Assembly (NCBI GenBank): GCA_015065165.1
Contig: SVQU01000009.1
Coordinates: 66-64,065 of the forward strand
Direction: 5' to 3'
DNA length: 64,000 nucleotides
Source of the DNA: Oscillospiraceae bacterium
GTDB taxonomy: Bacteria > Bacillota > Clostridia > Oscillospirales > CAG-382
Shown: in pieces, positions 18,325 through 27,713 of the stretch
Numbering within the stretch: position 1 is the first letter of the stretch
Layout of the letters: each line of letters opens with the position of its first letter
Made by a program: the position numbers and the translations under genes
Notes under the pieces: model-generated
Databases searched by the model: none
What the model saw: the letters and a program-made list of their open reading frames with translations, nothing else
Told to the model about the DNA's origin: nothing

Positions 18325-19593
18325 TTATGCTCTTATATCGTCGCTGACAATTTTAATGTCCGCGCCCACACCACGAAGCTTGCCGACCATATCCTCATAG
18401 CCGCGCTGTATGTGGTGGATATCCTCGATAATTGTGGTGCCGTTGGCAGCCAAGGCGGCGATAACCATTGCGGCGCCTGCGCGCAAATCCACCGCGCGAA
18501 CGTTTGCGGGGGTAAGCTCGGGCACGCCGTCGATAATTGCATCTCTGCCCTGAACGCTGATTTTTGCGCCCATACGTATAAGCTCGTCGGTGTATTTAAA
18601 ACGGAAGTCCATAACGCTCTCTGTAAGCTTGCTTTGACCCTCTGCCAAGCAAAGAAGAACGCAGAACTGGGGGTTCATATCCGTGGGAAAACCGGGGTAA
18701 AAATCGGTCTTAACACGAACCTTTTTAAGGTTTCCGTCAGAGGAAACTCTGACAAAATCGTCCCCTTCCTCAACGGTAACGCCCATTTCCTCCAGCTTTC
18801 TGGTGGTGGCTTCAAGATGTCGGGGAATAACGTTTTTAACCGTAAGGTCGCCCTTGGTTGCGGCGGCGGCAATCATATATGTGCCTGCCTCTATCATATC
18901 GGGAATTATCGCGTAAGTACCGCCGTGTAAGGATTCCACCCCGCGGATTTTAATAACCTCGGTACCTGCGCCCGAAATGTTCGCCCCGCAGGAGTTAAGG
19001 AAGTTTGCAAGGTCAACAATATGAGGCTCGCGGGCGGCGTTGTCAATAACCGTCATACCCTTTGCGGTGGTGGCGGCAAGCATAATGTTACAGGTTGCGC
19101 CAACCGATGCCACGTCGAGATAAATCGAGGTGCCCTCCAAGGGCTTGTCGGTATAACAGCTTATGGTGGTGTTGCAGTTTACCGTTGCGCCCAAAGCCTC
19201 AAAGCCTTTTATGTGCTGGTCGATAGGTCTTGCGCCGAGGTTACAACCGCCGGGCAACGCCGTTGCCGACCTGCCGAATCTGCCCAATTCCGCACCCAAA
19301 ACGTAATAAGAACCGCGCATTATACGGGCGAGGTCAAGGGGTACGCTGTTGCTGCGTACGGTGCGTGTGTCGATACGGTAGGTAAAGCGCTCGATTTGCT
19401 CTACCTCTGCCCCCATACGTCTTACAATTTCAAGGGCGGAATAAATATCGCTAACCTCGGGGAGGTTTTCGAGAATACAAACGTCATTAACCAAAATGGT
19501 GGCGAATATAATAGGTAAAGCGGCGTTTTTCATACCGCCGATTGTAACCGAGCCCAAAAGAGGCTTGCCACCCGAAACATAAAGTCTATCCAT
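18325..19593 (-). CDS. murA: UDP-N-acetylglucosamine 1-carboxyvinyltransferase
   Basis: 422-aa ORF starting 'MDRLYVSGGKPLLGSVTIGGMKNAALPI', with active-site region 'LPGGCNLGARPIDQH' and EPSP-synthase-fold length. Confidence 0.95.
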   Translation of the reverse strand: MDRLYVSGGKPLLGSVTIGGMKNAALPIIFATILVNDVCILENLPEVSDIYSALEIVRRMGAEVEQIERFTYRIDTRTVRSNSVPLDLARIMRGSYYVLGAELGRFGRSATALPGGCNLGARPIDQHIKGFEALGATVNCNTTISCYTDKPLEGTSIYLDVASVGATCNIMLAATTAKGMTVIDNAAREPHIVDLANFLNSCGANISGAGTEVIKIRGVESLHGGTYAIIPDMIEAGTYMIAAAATKGDLTVKNVIPRHLEATTRKLEEMGVTVEEGDDFVRVSSDGNLKKVRVKTDFYPGFPTDMNPQFCVLLCLAEGQSKLTESVMDFRFKYTDELIRMGAKISVQGRDAIIDGVPELTPANVRAVDLRAGAAMVIAALAANGTTIIEDIHHIQRGYEDMVGKLRGVGADIKIVSDDIRA

Positions 19594-19721
19594 TTATAAA
19601 ACACCTTTCGGTTGAATTTTAAAAGTTAAATCTATATAGGTATATACATTATACATCATATCATTACATTATGTAAATGTCAAGAAGTAACCCCATTACA
19701 TTTTATGCGAATTTTCGCAAC

Positions 19722-19750
19722 TTGACATTTTTTGGTTTTTAGGGCATAAT
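19722..19750 (+). promoter_or_regulatory. sigma-A promoter candidate for RNase J gene
   Basis: TTGACA (19722-19727), 17-nt spacer, CATAAT (19745-19750). The ~90-nt leader contains hairpin CTGCCGTAACTCGGGCAG. Confidence 0.55.
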
Positions 19751-19843
19751 GTGTAATGTCAGTTTTAATTTTCTGCCGTAACTCGGGCAGGTCTATCGCC
19801 CGATACATATAACATTCTGTAAACTTAACAAGAAAGGACAATT

Positions 19844-21670
19844 ATGGCAAAAATCAAAGAAGAAAAGAAAGCCAAAAACAGCAAAGCCGATAAAAAAACG
19901 GCGCCTCAAAAGCCTAAAAAGGCAAAAACAAAAAACGCCTCTGCAAAGGCGCAAACCAAAAAGGCAAAGAACGAGAGTTTCTTTGAAAATAAAGGCCCTC
20001 GCTCTAAAAAATCCAACGTAAAAATTATTTTTCTGGGCGGTGTGGACGGTATCGGTATGAACTGTACCGCCTTTGAATACGATGACGATATTATTTTGGT
20101 GGATTGCGGTGTTTCCTTCCCCGAGGACGATATGCTGGGGGTAGATTTGGTTATCCCCGATTTCACCTATTTAGAGGATAATATTAACAAAATCAAGGGT
20201 TTGCTTATAACCCACGGCCACGAGGACCACATTGGCGCAGTGCCCTACTTTTTAAAGAAATTCCCCCAAGTTCCCGTGTTCGCCACAAGGCTCACCTTGG
20301 GCATAATCGAGGGCAAGATTTCCGAACACGGAATCCGCAATGCCAAACTTGAGGAAGTACACGCGGGTATGATTGTGGGCTTGGGCAATTTCGATTGCGA
20401 ATTTATCCACGTGAACCATTCTATGCCCGACGCCTGCGCTATTTGTATAACCACTCCCAACGGAAGAATTCTTCACACAGGCGACTTCAAGGTGGATTTC
20501 ACCCCTGTTGAAGAAAAGCCTATCGATTTGGCGCGTATCGCCGAGCTTGGCAGAAAGGGAATTCGCCTTTTGCTTTGCGACAGTACAAACGCCGAGAGGG
20601 CGGGATATACCCCCAGCGAAAGCAGTGTGGCGGTTAGCTTCGACAGAATTTTCAACAACGAATCCCGCCGTGTGGTTATCGCCACCTTCTCCTCTAACGT
20701 TCACCGCGTTCAGCAGATTATAAACGCTTCCGAAAAATATGGCAGAAAGGTTGCCGTTTCGGGCAGAAGTATGCTAAACTTCGTTAACGCGGCGACAAAA
20801 TTGGGTTATCTTTATATCCCCGAAAATATGATGATAGACCTTAACGATGCCCAGAAATATCCCCCCGAAATGGTTACGGTTATCACCACGGGCAGTCAGG
20901 GTGAGCCTATGAGCGCCCTTTACCGTATGGCTTTCGGCGAGCATAATCAGGTTAGCCTTGGCAGTAACGATTTGGTTGTGCTTTCCTCCTCGGCAATCCC
21001 CGGCAACGAAAAGTTAATTACAAAAATTATCAACGAGCTTTTCAAGCGCGGCACAGAGGTTATTACCTACAGCAATTATGACGTTCACGTTTCGGGCCAC
21101 GCCTGCCGTGAGGAATTAAAGCTTATTCATTCCTTAACCTCTCCCGAATTCTTTATGCCCGTTCACGGCGAATATAAGCATCTTATCGCCCACGCAAACC
21201 TTGCCCACGAAATGGGTATGGCTGAAAACCGCATTGTTATCCCCGAAATCGGCAGGGTTGTGGAAATGGGCAAAAGAGGTATCGTTCCCACCGACCACGT
21301 TCAGGCAGGCGCGGTTATGGTTGACGGTACAGGCGCAGGCGAGGTTAGCGATATTGTGCTTCGGGACAGAAAACGCCTTTCCGAGGACGGTATTATTATC
21401 GTTACCGCAGGGGTGGATTTGGATTTTATGGCAATTTCGGTTTATCCCGAGGTTATTTCCCGTGGCTTTGTTTACGAAAAAGAAAACGAGGACCTTATTG
21501 GCAGAATTACCGAATCGGCGCGTAATTCCCTTATCCGCAACCTTGCAAAGGGTATCGACGATATCGAGGTTTTGCGCTCGAAGCTTCGCGATGACGTTGC
21601 CGAATATGCCCGCAAACGTACAAAGCACAGACCGATGATTGTAGTTATGCTCTCCGACATACAGCAATAG
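19844..21670 (+). CDS. rnj: ribonuclease J with a Lys-rich N-terminal extension
   Basis: 608-aa ORF with metallo-beta-lactamase motif 'LLITHGHEDHIGAVP' and beta-CASP/RNase J core ('DFKVDFTP', 'HVSGHACREEL'). The first ~55 aa are a basic low-complexity tract. Confidence 0.92.
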   Translation: MAKIKEEKKAKNSKADKKTAPQKPKKAKTKNASAKAQTKKAKNESFFENKGPRSKKSNVKIIFLGGVDGIGMNCTAFEYDDDIILVDCGVSFPEDDMLGVDLVIPDFTYLEDNINKIKGLLITHGHEDHIGAVPYFLKKFPQVPVFATRLTLGIIEGKISEHGIRNAKLEEVHAGMIVGLGNFDCEFIHVNHSMPDACAICITTPNGRILHTGDFKVDFTPVEEKPIDLARIAELGRKGIRLLLCDSTNAERAGYTPSESSVAVSFDRIFNNESRRVVIATFSSNVHRVQQIINASEKYGRKVAVSGRSMLNFVNAATKLGYLYIPENMMIDLNDAQKYPPEMVTVITTGSQGEPMSALYRMAFGEHNQVSLGSNDLVVLSSSAIPGNEKLITKIINELFKRGTEVITYSNYDVHVSGHACREELKLIHSLTSPEFFMPVHGEYKHLIAHANLAHEMGMAENRIVIPEIGRVVEMGKRGIVPTDHVQAGAVMVDGTGAGEVSDIVLRDRKRLSEDGIIIVTAGVDLDFMAISVYPEVISRGFVYEKENEDLIGRITESARNSLIRNLAKGIDDIEVLRSKLRDDVAEYARKRTKHRPMIVVMLSDIQQ

Positions 21671-21722
21671 GTTCAGAACGAACTGGACGGATTATTTACG
21701 TGCTTGAAATAATTCAACAAAT

Positions 21723-21758
21723 AACGCTTCTCGAAAACGGGAAGCGTTGAATTTTTTA
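21723..21758 (+). terminator. rho-independent terminator after rnj
   Basis: AACGCTTC-TCGAAAACGG-GAAGCGTT followed by GAATTTTTT. Confidence 0.7.
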
Positions 21759-21760
21759 TC

Positions 21761-21828
21761 AAGGGGTATTTTCAAAAAATACCCCTTAAACCCCAAAATT
21801 TTTTACCCCCCCGAAAATTACATTTTCG
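21761..21828. repeat. family 'E' repeat copy (inverted relative to 12372-12448)
   Basis: AAGGGGTATTTTCAAAAAATACCCCTT, then AAACCCCAAAA, then CCCCCGAAAATTACATTTTCGG. These are the same modules, in reverse-complement order, as at 12.4 kb. Confidence 0.6.
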
Positions 21829-21923
21829 GAAAAAGATTTTATTACTGTAGCGAAAACTCATTTGCGCCGAAGCTAAAGGATATGCATAATAGGAAATGCA
21901 ATTCGAAAATGAAGGTTATATGC

Positions 21924-22142
21924 GGGTCGTCGAGGACGCCGACCCCTACAATTCTGTTTGAAACGTATTCGAAAAAACAAAGATACATCTAATTGAAAAG
22001 AATATGCTTCGCTCATTCGTAGCTTTTTAGTTATATTGAATGCTTACATTTTGATTCTGTAGGGAACGGCGTCCCCGACGTTCCGTTTTTTAACATAAGA
22101 TATACCAAAACAAAAAAGTAGGGGCGATTCACGAATCGCCCG
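21924..22142. repeat. REP-like palindromes (families 'TGTAGGG..GGCGTCC(T/C)CGAC' and 'GGGGCGATTCNNGAATCGCCC')
   Basis: GGGTCGTCGAGGACGCCGACCCCTACA (21924-21950), TGTAGGGAACGGCGTCCCCGACGTTCCG (22058-22085) and GTAGGGGCGATTCACGAATCGCCCG (22118-22142). Related copies occur at 44037-44060 and 49790-50039. Confidence 0.65.
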
Positions 22143-22156
22143 TTTCCACCTAAAAT

Positions 22157-22188
22157 AAAAAAGTCAGCGTATTTTCGCTGACTTTTTA
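22157..22188 (-). terminator. rho-independent terminator ending the leuS operon
   Basis: Hairpin GTCAGCG..CGCTGAC flanked by A- and T-runs, about 40 nt after the stop of the 22225-22944 CDS. Confidence 0.65.
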
Positions 22189-22224
22189 TTGTGTTGCTTT
22201 TATCCCAAAATCCCAAGTCGAGAA

Positions 22225-22944
22225 TTATTCAAGGATGTTGGAGGTAATAAACTGCACACCCCAAGAAATAAGCTCTTCTGCGCGTGCAGGGTTGTCAACC
22301 GTCCAAACGTTAACCTTAATGCCTTCTTCAAGGAATCTCTTAACGTGTTCTTCGGTGAGGTCCTTGGACCAGATATCAACGTCCATCTTGTTGTCCTTAA
22401 GGCGCTGAACAAGCTCTTCCGAGAAAGCACCGGTAAGGAACTGGCAATTTGCCTCGGGGCAGATGGTACGAAGAATCTGAAGGTTCTCAAAGGCGAAGGA
22501 GATGAAAATCATCATTTCAAGGCAATATTCCGCCTTAACGATTTCTACAACCTTTTTCATCTGTTCTTCGGTGTAATAACCCTTAAATTCAAGAACGCAA
22601 ACCTTATTATAACGCTTGCAGATGTGGAGATAATCCTCCATGGTGGGGATGCGAAGGTCGGTTCTGCCGCGCTTGCCGTCCATATCGAAAAGCTGAACCG
22701 ATTGGATGGTCTGAAGTGTGGATTGCTCGGGGATAAGCATATCGCCGCCGCAACGAACGGGGTTGTCATCGTGAAGAAGAATGAATTTGCCGTCTGCGGT
22801 GGGGCGTACGTCGGTTTCAATACCGAAATAGCTTCTGTTGCCTGCCGCAACGAAAGCCGAAGCGGTATTTTCACGTTCCAAGCCCGAAAGACCTCTGTGT
22901 GCTACGATTTGTGCGTTGCCTTTGTTAATTTTAATGGTATCCAT
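22225..22944 (-). CDS. cytoplasmic glycerophosphodiester phosphodiesterase (GDPD family)
   Basis: The track ORF (315 aa) overlaps leuS. I trimmed it to ATG 22944 (GGAGG RBS), giving 240 aa that start 'MDTIKINKGNAQIVAHRGLSGLERENTASAFVAAGNRSYFGIETDVRPTADGKFILLHDD'. No signal peptide. Confidence 0.85.
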   Translation of the reverse strand: MDTIKINKGNAQIVAHRGLSGLERENTASAFVAAGNRSYFGIETDVRPTADGKFILLHDDNPVRCGGDMLIPEQSTLQTIQSVQLFDMDGKRGRTDLRIPTMEDYLHICKRYNKVCVLEFKGYYTEEQMKKVVEIVKAEYCLEMMIFISFAFENLQILRTICPEANCQFLTGAFSEELVQRLKDNKMDVDIWSKDLTEEHVKRFLEEGIKVNVWTVDNPARAEELISWGVQFITSNILE

Positions 22945-22975
22945 TTGAACCTCCGTTTTACGGTAGAAACCGTTT

Positions 22976-25372
22976 TTATTTTGCAACGATGTTGAAAATT
23001 TTGTCTTTAATGTAAATCTTTTTAATAATCTGCTTGCCCTCGAGGTTTGCCATAATGCCTGCGTTTTGGGTGATAATTTCCCAAGCGGTGTCTTCCTCGG
23101 CGCCTGCGGGGATAACCACAGTGCCCTTAAGCTTACCGCAAATCTGCACGGCGATTTCAATTTCGTTATCAACCGTCAATGCTTCGTCATAGCCGGGCCA
23201 TTCTGCGGTAGAGCAGAAACCGTTCATACCCAATTTTTCCCACATTTCTTCGCAAACGTGGGGTGCGAAGGGACACAAAATACGGGTTAATACAAGCAAG
23301 CTGTTTTTATCGATAGAGCCAACGGCATAAACGTCGTTAAGGAAGCTCATCATTGCCGCGATAGCGGTGTTGAACTTCATACCGTCGATGTCCGAAGAAA
23401 CCTTTTTAACGGTTTTGTGCAAGGAACGGATAAGCTTTTCGTCCTCCTTGCCCAGCATTTCGTCCAAAGCGGCAAATCTTTCGAGAAAACGCTTACAACC
23501 TCTAACGCTGTTTTGCGACCAAGGCGCGGCAGAGCCGTAATCGCCCATAAACAAGGTGTAGGTACGCAAAACGTCTGCGCCGTATTCGTCAACAACGTCG
23601 TTGGGGTCAACAACGTTGCCCTTGGATTTACTCATTTTTTCGCCGTCGGGACCAAGAATCAAGCCCTGTGCGGTACGCTTTGCATAGGGTTCCGCAACGG
23701 GAACAAGACCAAGGTCATAAAGGAATTTATGCCAGAATCTGGAATAAATCATATGACGGGTAACGTGCTCCATACCGCCGTTGTACCAATCGACGGGAAG
23801 CCAATAATTAAGCTTTTCCTCCGAAGCAAAGAAATCGCTGTTCTTGGGGTCGCAATATCTTAAGAAATACCAGGAAGAACCCGCCCACTGGGGCATGGTG
23901 TCGGTTTCACGCTTTGCATCGCCGCCGCATTTGGGACATTTGCAATTTACGTATTCCTCAATCCTTGCCAAGGGCGATTCGCCGCCCTGACCGGGGGCAA
24001 ATTCTGTCATGTTGGGCAATCTCAAGGGAAGTTCCTCGTAAGGAACGGCAACCATACCGCATTTTTCACAGTGAACAATGGGAATAGGCTCGCCCCAATA
24101 ACGCTGACGGTTGAACGCCCAGTCCTTCATTTTAAACTGAACACCGCCTTCGCCGCAGCCAAGCTTTTCAAGCTCTTCAATAGCTCTGCGGATAGAATCC
24201 GCCTTGTTATCATATCCGTTAAGGAAATCCGAATTGACCATTACACCGCTTTCGGTGTATGCTTCTTCTTCGATATTTCCGCCTTTGATAACCTCGATAA
24301 TATCAATACCGAACTTCTTTGCAAATTCCCAGTCGCGGGTGTCGTGGGCAGGAACAGCCATAATTGCGCCCGTGCCGTAACCCATCATAACGTAATCGGC
24401 GATGTAAATGGGAATTTCCTTGCCGTTCAAGGGGTTAATTGCCGAAAGACCGTCGATTCTAACACCGGTTTTTTCTTTAACAAGCTGGGTTCTTTCAAAT
24501 TCGGTTTTCTTTGCACATTCCGCGCGGTAGTCTTCGATATCCTTTATGTTTGCGATAGAATCGGCATATTTGTCTATCATAGGATGCTCGGGTGCCATAA
24601 CCATAAAGGTTACGCCGAACAAGGTATCGGGACGGGTGGTATAAATACGCAGAGTTTCGTCCTTACCTGCGATTTTAAAGTTAACGAATGCGCCCTCGGA
24701 TTTGCCGATCCAGTTAACCTGCTGTTGCTTGATGTTGGGGAGATAATCAACCTCCTCCAAGCCTTTAAGAAGCTTATCGGCATATTCGGTAATACGCAAA
24801 TACCAAACGTCCTTGGATTTCTGAATTATATCGCTGTGGCAAACGTCGCATTTGCCCCCTTGGGAATCCTCGTTGGAAAGTACAACCTTACATTCGGGAC
24901 AGTAGTTAACAAGGGCGGTATCTCTGAAAGCTAAGCCCTTTTCGAACATTTTAAGGAAAATCCACTGAGTCCACTTGTAATAATCCTCTTCGGTGGTGTC
25001 CACAACTCTGGACCAATCGAAGGCGAAGCCAACGCGTTTAAGCTGGCTTGTGAATTTTTCGATGTTTTTGTCGGTAACAGCTCTGGGGTGCATACCGGTT
25101 TTTATAGCGTAGTTTTCGGTGGGCAGACCGAAGGCGTCAAACCCCATAGGGAACATAACGTTAAAGCCTTCCATTCTGCGCTTGCGGGAAACTACCTCAA
25201 GGCCGGAATAAGCCTTGATATGTCCAACGTGCATACCTGCACCGCTGGGATAGGGGAATTCAACCAAAGCAAAAAACTTGGGCTTTTTGCTGTTGTCATC
25301 CGCTTCGAAAATCTTGGCATCGTCCCAACGGGATTGCCATTTTTGTTCTATATCCTTAAATTCGTGTTTCAT
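22976..25372 (-). CDS. leuS: leucine--tRNA ligase
   Basis: 798-aa ORF with class I motifs 'PYPSGAGMHVGHIKAY' (HIGH) and 'KMSKSKGN' (KMSKS). Confidence 0.97.
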   Translation of the reverse strand: MKHEFKDIEQKWQSRWDDAKIFEADDNSKKPKFFALVEFPYPSGAGMHVGHIKAYSGLEVVSRKRRMEGFNVMFPMGFDAFGLPTENYAIKTGMHPRAVTDKNIEKFTSQLKRVGFAFDWSRVVDTTEEDYYKWTQWIFLKMFEKGLAFRDTALVNYCPECKVVLSNEDSQGGKCDVCHSDIIQKSKDVWYLRITEYADKLLKGLEEVDYLPNIKQQQVNWIGKSEGAFVNFKIAGKDETLRIYTTRPDTLFGVTFMVMAPEHPMIDKYADSIANIKDIEDYRAECAKKTEFERTQLVKEKTGVRIDGLSAINPLNGKEIPIYIADYVMMGYGTGAIMAVPAHDTRDWEFAKKFGIDIIEVIKGGNIEEEAYTESGVMVNSDFLNGYDNKADSIRRAIEELEKLGCGEGGVQFKMKDWAFNRQRYWGEPIPIVHCEKCGMVAVPYEELPLRLPNMTEFAPGQGGESPLARIEEYVNCKCPKCGGDAKRETDTMPQWAGSSWYFLRYCDPKNSDFFASEEKLNYWLPVDWYNGGMEHVTRHMIYSRFWHKFLYDLGLVPVAEPYAKRTAQGLILGPDGEKMSKSKGNVVDPNDVVDEYGADVLRTYTLFMGDYGSAAPWSQNSVRGCKRFLERFAALDEMLGKEDEKLIRSLHKTVKKVSSDIDGMKFNTAIAAMMSFLNDVYAVGSIDKNSLLVLTRILCPFAPHVCEEMWEKLGMNGFCSTAEWPGYDEALTVDNEIEIAVQICGKLKGTVVIPAGAEEDTAWEIITQNAGIMANLEGKQIIKKIYIKDKIFNIVAK

Positions 25373-25749
25373 TCCTGCTCCTCGTTATTTATAGAAATTA
25401 CCTCGGCGCCGTTCCAAAGCCTTTCCAATTTATAAAATTCTCTTGCCTGCGATGTGAATATATTTACAACCACACAGCCGTAATCAAGCAAGGTCCAAGC
25501 GTTGCCCGCCGAGCCCTCGATGTGGTTGGGAGTTACGCCAAGTTGTTCCTTAAGCTGAAATTCAACCTCGTCGGCAAGGGCGCGAACGTGGGTGTTGGAG
25601 GTACCCGTTGCGAGAACAAAATAGTCTGCCAAAATGGTCTGGTTGCCCACCTCGAGGGTGGTAACGTCAATACCCTTTTTGTTGTCAAGGGTGGTTGCCG
25701 CAATCTCCGCAATTTTCTTTGCCGTTTCTTTTTGAATGTTTTCGCTCAT
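25369..25749 (-). CDS. rsfS: ribosome silencing factor RsfS
   Basis: 126-aa ORF with the iojap-like motif 'ADYFVLATGTSNTHVRALADEV...GNAWTLLDYGCVVVNIF'. It overlaps the leuS start by 4 nt. Confidence 0.9.
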   Translation of the reverse strand: MSENIQKETAKKIAEIAATTLDNKKGIDVTTLEVGNQTILADYFVLATGTSNTHVRALADEVEFQLKEQLGVTPNHIEGSAGNAWTLLDYGCVVVNIFTSQAREFYKLERLWNGAEVISINNEEQE

Positions 25750-25773
25750 TTATAGTTTCCTTTCAGTGTTTGT

Positions 25774-26376
25774 TTATAATTCCGCAAGACGGCGCAGATA
25801 AAAATTTCTTGCCGCAATGGTGTTGCGGTCCACAAGACTGCCCTTATCGATAAGATGCTTAAGAGTGGTATCGAAGGAGCGCACCAGAGTGTTTATTAAA
25901 ACTGCGTTTTTGTCGCATTTGCGGTTTAGATTCTTCAGATAGAATTCGCGAAGCTTCACACAGGAAGGATCATCTCTGAATTCCTCTATGTAATCGGCAA
26001 GGTATATAACTATTTCAAAGGGTGTCATATCCGCCCTGCCCGTGGTGTGATAATAAATTGCCGAGCAGGCATCCTTGGGCAAACCGAAATGGTGGGATGC
26101 AATAGCCGCAGCGGTTTTGGAATGTAAAAGCTTCGGGGTTAGCCTTTCTTCCTCGGTAATCTCGATATGGTATTGTTCGCAAAGCTCAAACTGTTTTTCC
26201 ACAGAGTATTCCTTGGTGTAATCGTGCATAAGCGCCGCAAGCTCGACCATATTAAGGTCTAACTGGGGAAAGTGGGTTTTTGCAAGCTCTTTTGCGCATA
26301 CTGCCACACCCATAGTGTGCTTAAGACGTCTTTCCGAAACCTTAATGGAAGAAAGAATTCTGTTTGCATCTGTCAT
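25774..26376 (-). CDS. yqeK: HD-domain bis(5'-nucleosyl)-tetraphosphatase YqeK
   Basis: Start trimmed to ATG 26376 (ATGA overlap with the nadD stop). 'RLKHTMGVAVCAKELA...AALMHDYTKE' HD motif. Conserved nadD-yqeK-rsfS order. Confidence 0.85.
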   Translation of the reverse strand: MTDANRILSSIKVSERRLKHTMGVAVCAKELAKTHFPQLDLNMVELAALMHDYTKEYSVEKQFELCEQYHIEITEEERLTPKLLHSKTAAAIASHHFGLPKDACSAIYYHTTGRADMTPFEIVIYLADYIEEFRDDPSCVKLREFYLKNLNRKCDKNAVLINTLVRSFDTTLKHLIDKGSLVDRNTIAARNFYLRRLAEL

Positions 26377-26957
26377 AATCCGTATAACCCCCGTTTTTTG
26401 ATATATTCGTAAACCCCTTGGGGTAAACTGCTGTGGTCGGGATTCCTTCTGAAGCTCGAGGATGAACATTCAAAAGCCTCGTTATGCAGAAAATCCACGC
26501 TTGTTTGGGCAAAGCCTTTTATATTTTCTGCCAAGGGCAAAAGGTTTTCGCAATTTCGGGTGGCTATCACAAGATTAACGTTTTCCAAAATAAACTTTGC
26601 GTTTTTCCATCTTGTAAAGCCCTCTGCCAAATCGTCGCCGATAAGCAAAAACAGTTGGCTGTGTGGGTGAAGCTTTTTAATTTCTTCAACGGTGTCGCAG
26701 GTATAGCTTCTGCCACCGCGCTTAAGCTCCATATCGCCGATAGCGATTTTACTATTCCCCGAAAAGGCGATTTTTAACATTTCAATACGGTCCTCGCCCG
26801 AAACGTTTTCCAAATCTTTAAAGGGCGAAATATGGTTTGGGATAATATAAAGTAAATCAAGCCCAAGCTCTTTTATAAATTTTTCGGCAACTAAAATATG
26901 CCCCTTGTGAACGGGGTTAAAGCTTCCGCCGAAAATGCCGATTTTATTCGCCGTCAT
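26373..26957 (-). CDS. nadD: nicotinate-nucleotide adenylyltransferase
   Basis: 194-aa ORF starting 'IGIFGGSFNPVHKGHILVAE' (HxGH motif), with 'SSSSFR' near the C-terminus. Confidence 0.93.
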   Translation of the reverse strand: MTANKIGIFGGSFNPVHKGHILVAEKFIKELGLDLLYIIPNHISPFKDLENVSGEDRIEMLKIAFSGNSKIAIGDMELKRGGRSYTCDTVEEIKKLHPHSQLFLLIGDDLAEGFTRWKNAKFILENVNLVIATRNCENLLPLAENIKGFAQTSVDFLHNEAFECSSSSFRRNPDHSSLPQGVYEYIKKRGLYGL

Positions 26958-27666
26958 CCCAGTTGTGCCAAACCTCGGTAACGTCGTCGTTATCCTCCAA
27001 CGCCTCCAAAAGTCTGTTCATTTTAACAATCTGGTCCTCGTCGTCAAGACGAACGTAGTTAGAGGGGACCTTTTCGGGGTCTGCCGATTCGATGGTATAA
27101 CCCTTTGCTTCAAGGGCTTCTCTAACAGAAGAAAGCTCGCTTACGTCGGTGAAAACCTCGCCGTGGCCGTCCTCGCTGGTGAAATCCAACGCGCCGCAAT
27201 CCATACAAGCTTCCATAAACGCATCTTCATCTTCAACCCCCGAAACAACCACAACGCCCTTATCTGCGAAAAGGTAAGAAACGCAACCGCTTGTGCCAAG
27301 GTTTCCGCCGAACTTGTCGAAGTAATGGCGAACCTCACCTGCGGTTCTGTTACGGTTGTCGGTTGCGGCATCAACGATAATTGCCACACCGCCGGGGCCG
27401 TAGCCTTCGTAGGTAAGAACCTCGTATTGCACACTGTCCGCGCCCGAAGCCTTTTTTATAACTCTGTCTATGTTGTCATTAGGTACGTTAAGGCTTTTTG
27501 CCTTTGCGATAAGGTCGCGAAGACGGGTGTTAGAGGTGGGTTCGGGACCGCCGTCTCTAACAGCAATAGCAATTTCCTTGCCTATTTTGGTAAACACCTT
27601 TGCTCTTTGTGCATCGGTCTTTTCCTTTTTATGCATTATATTTTTCCATTTGGAATGTCCTGACAT
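26944..27666 (-). CDS. yebC: YebC/PmpR family DNA-binding transcriptional regulator
   Basis: 240-aa ORF starting 'MSGHSKWKNIMHKKEKTDAQRAKVFTK'. Confidence 0.93.
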   Translation of the reverse strand: MSGHSKWKNIMHKKEKTDAQRAKVFTKIGKEIAIAVRDGGPEPTSNTRLRDLIAKAKSLNVPNDNIDRVIKKASGADSVQYEVLTYEGYGPGGVAIIVDAATDNRNRTAGEVRHYFDKFGGNLGTSGCVSYLFADKGVVVVSGVEDEDAFMEACMDCGALDFTSEDGHGEVFTDVSELSSVREALEAKGYTIESADPEKVPSNYVRLDDEDQIVKMNRLLEALEDNDDVTEVWHNWDDGE

Positions 27667-27713
27667 AGTAAAACTCCTTAGTGGTTATTAAAAGCAAATT
27701 TATGTATTTTGGT

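Noticed and set aside
22945-23172. N-terminal 76 codons of the 315-aa ORF 22225-23172
   Set aside because: The extension overlaps the 3' end of leuS and has no RBS. The GDPD homology begins at the internal ATG 22944, which has a GGAGG RBS.
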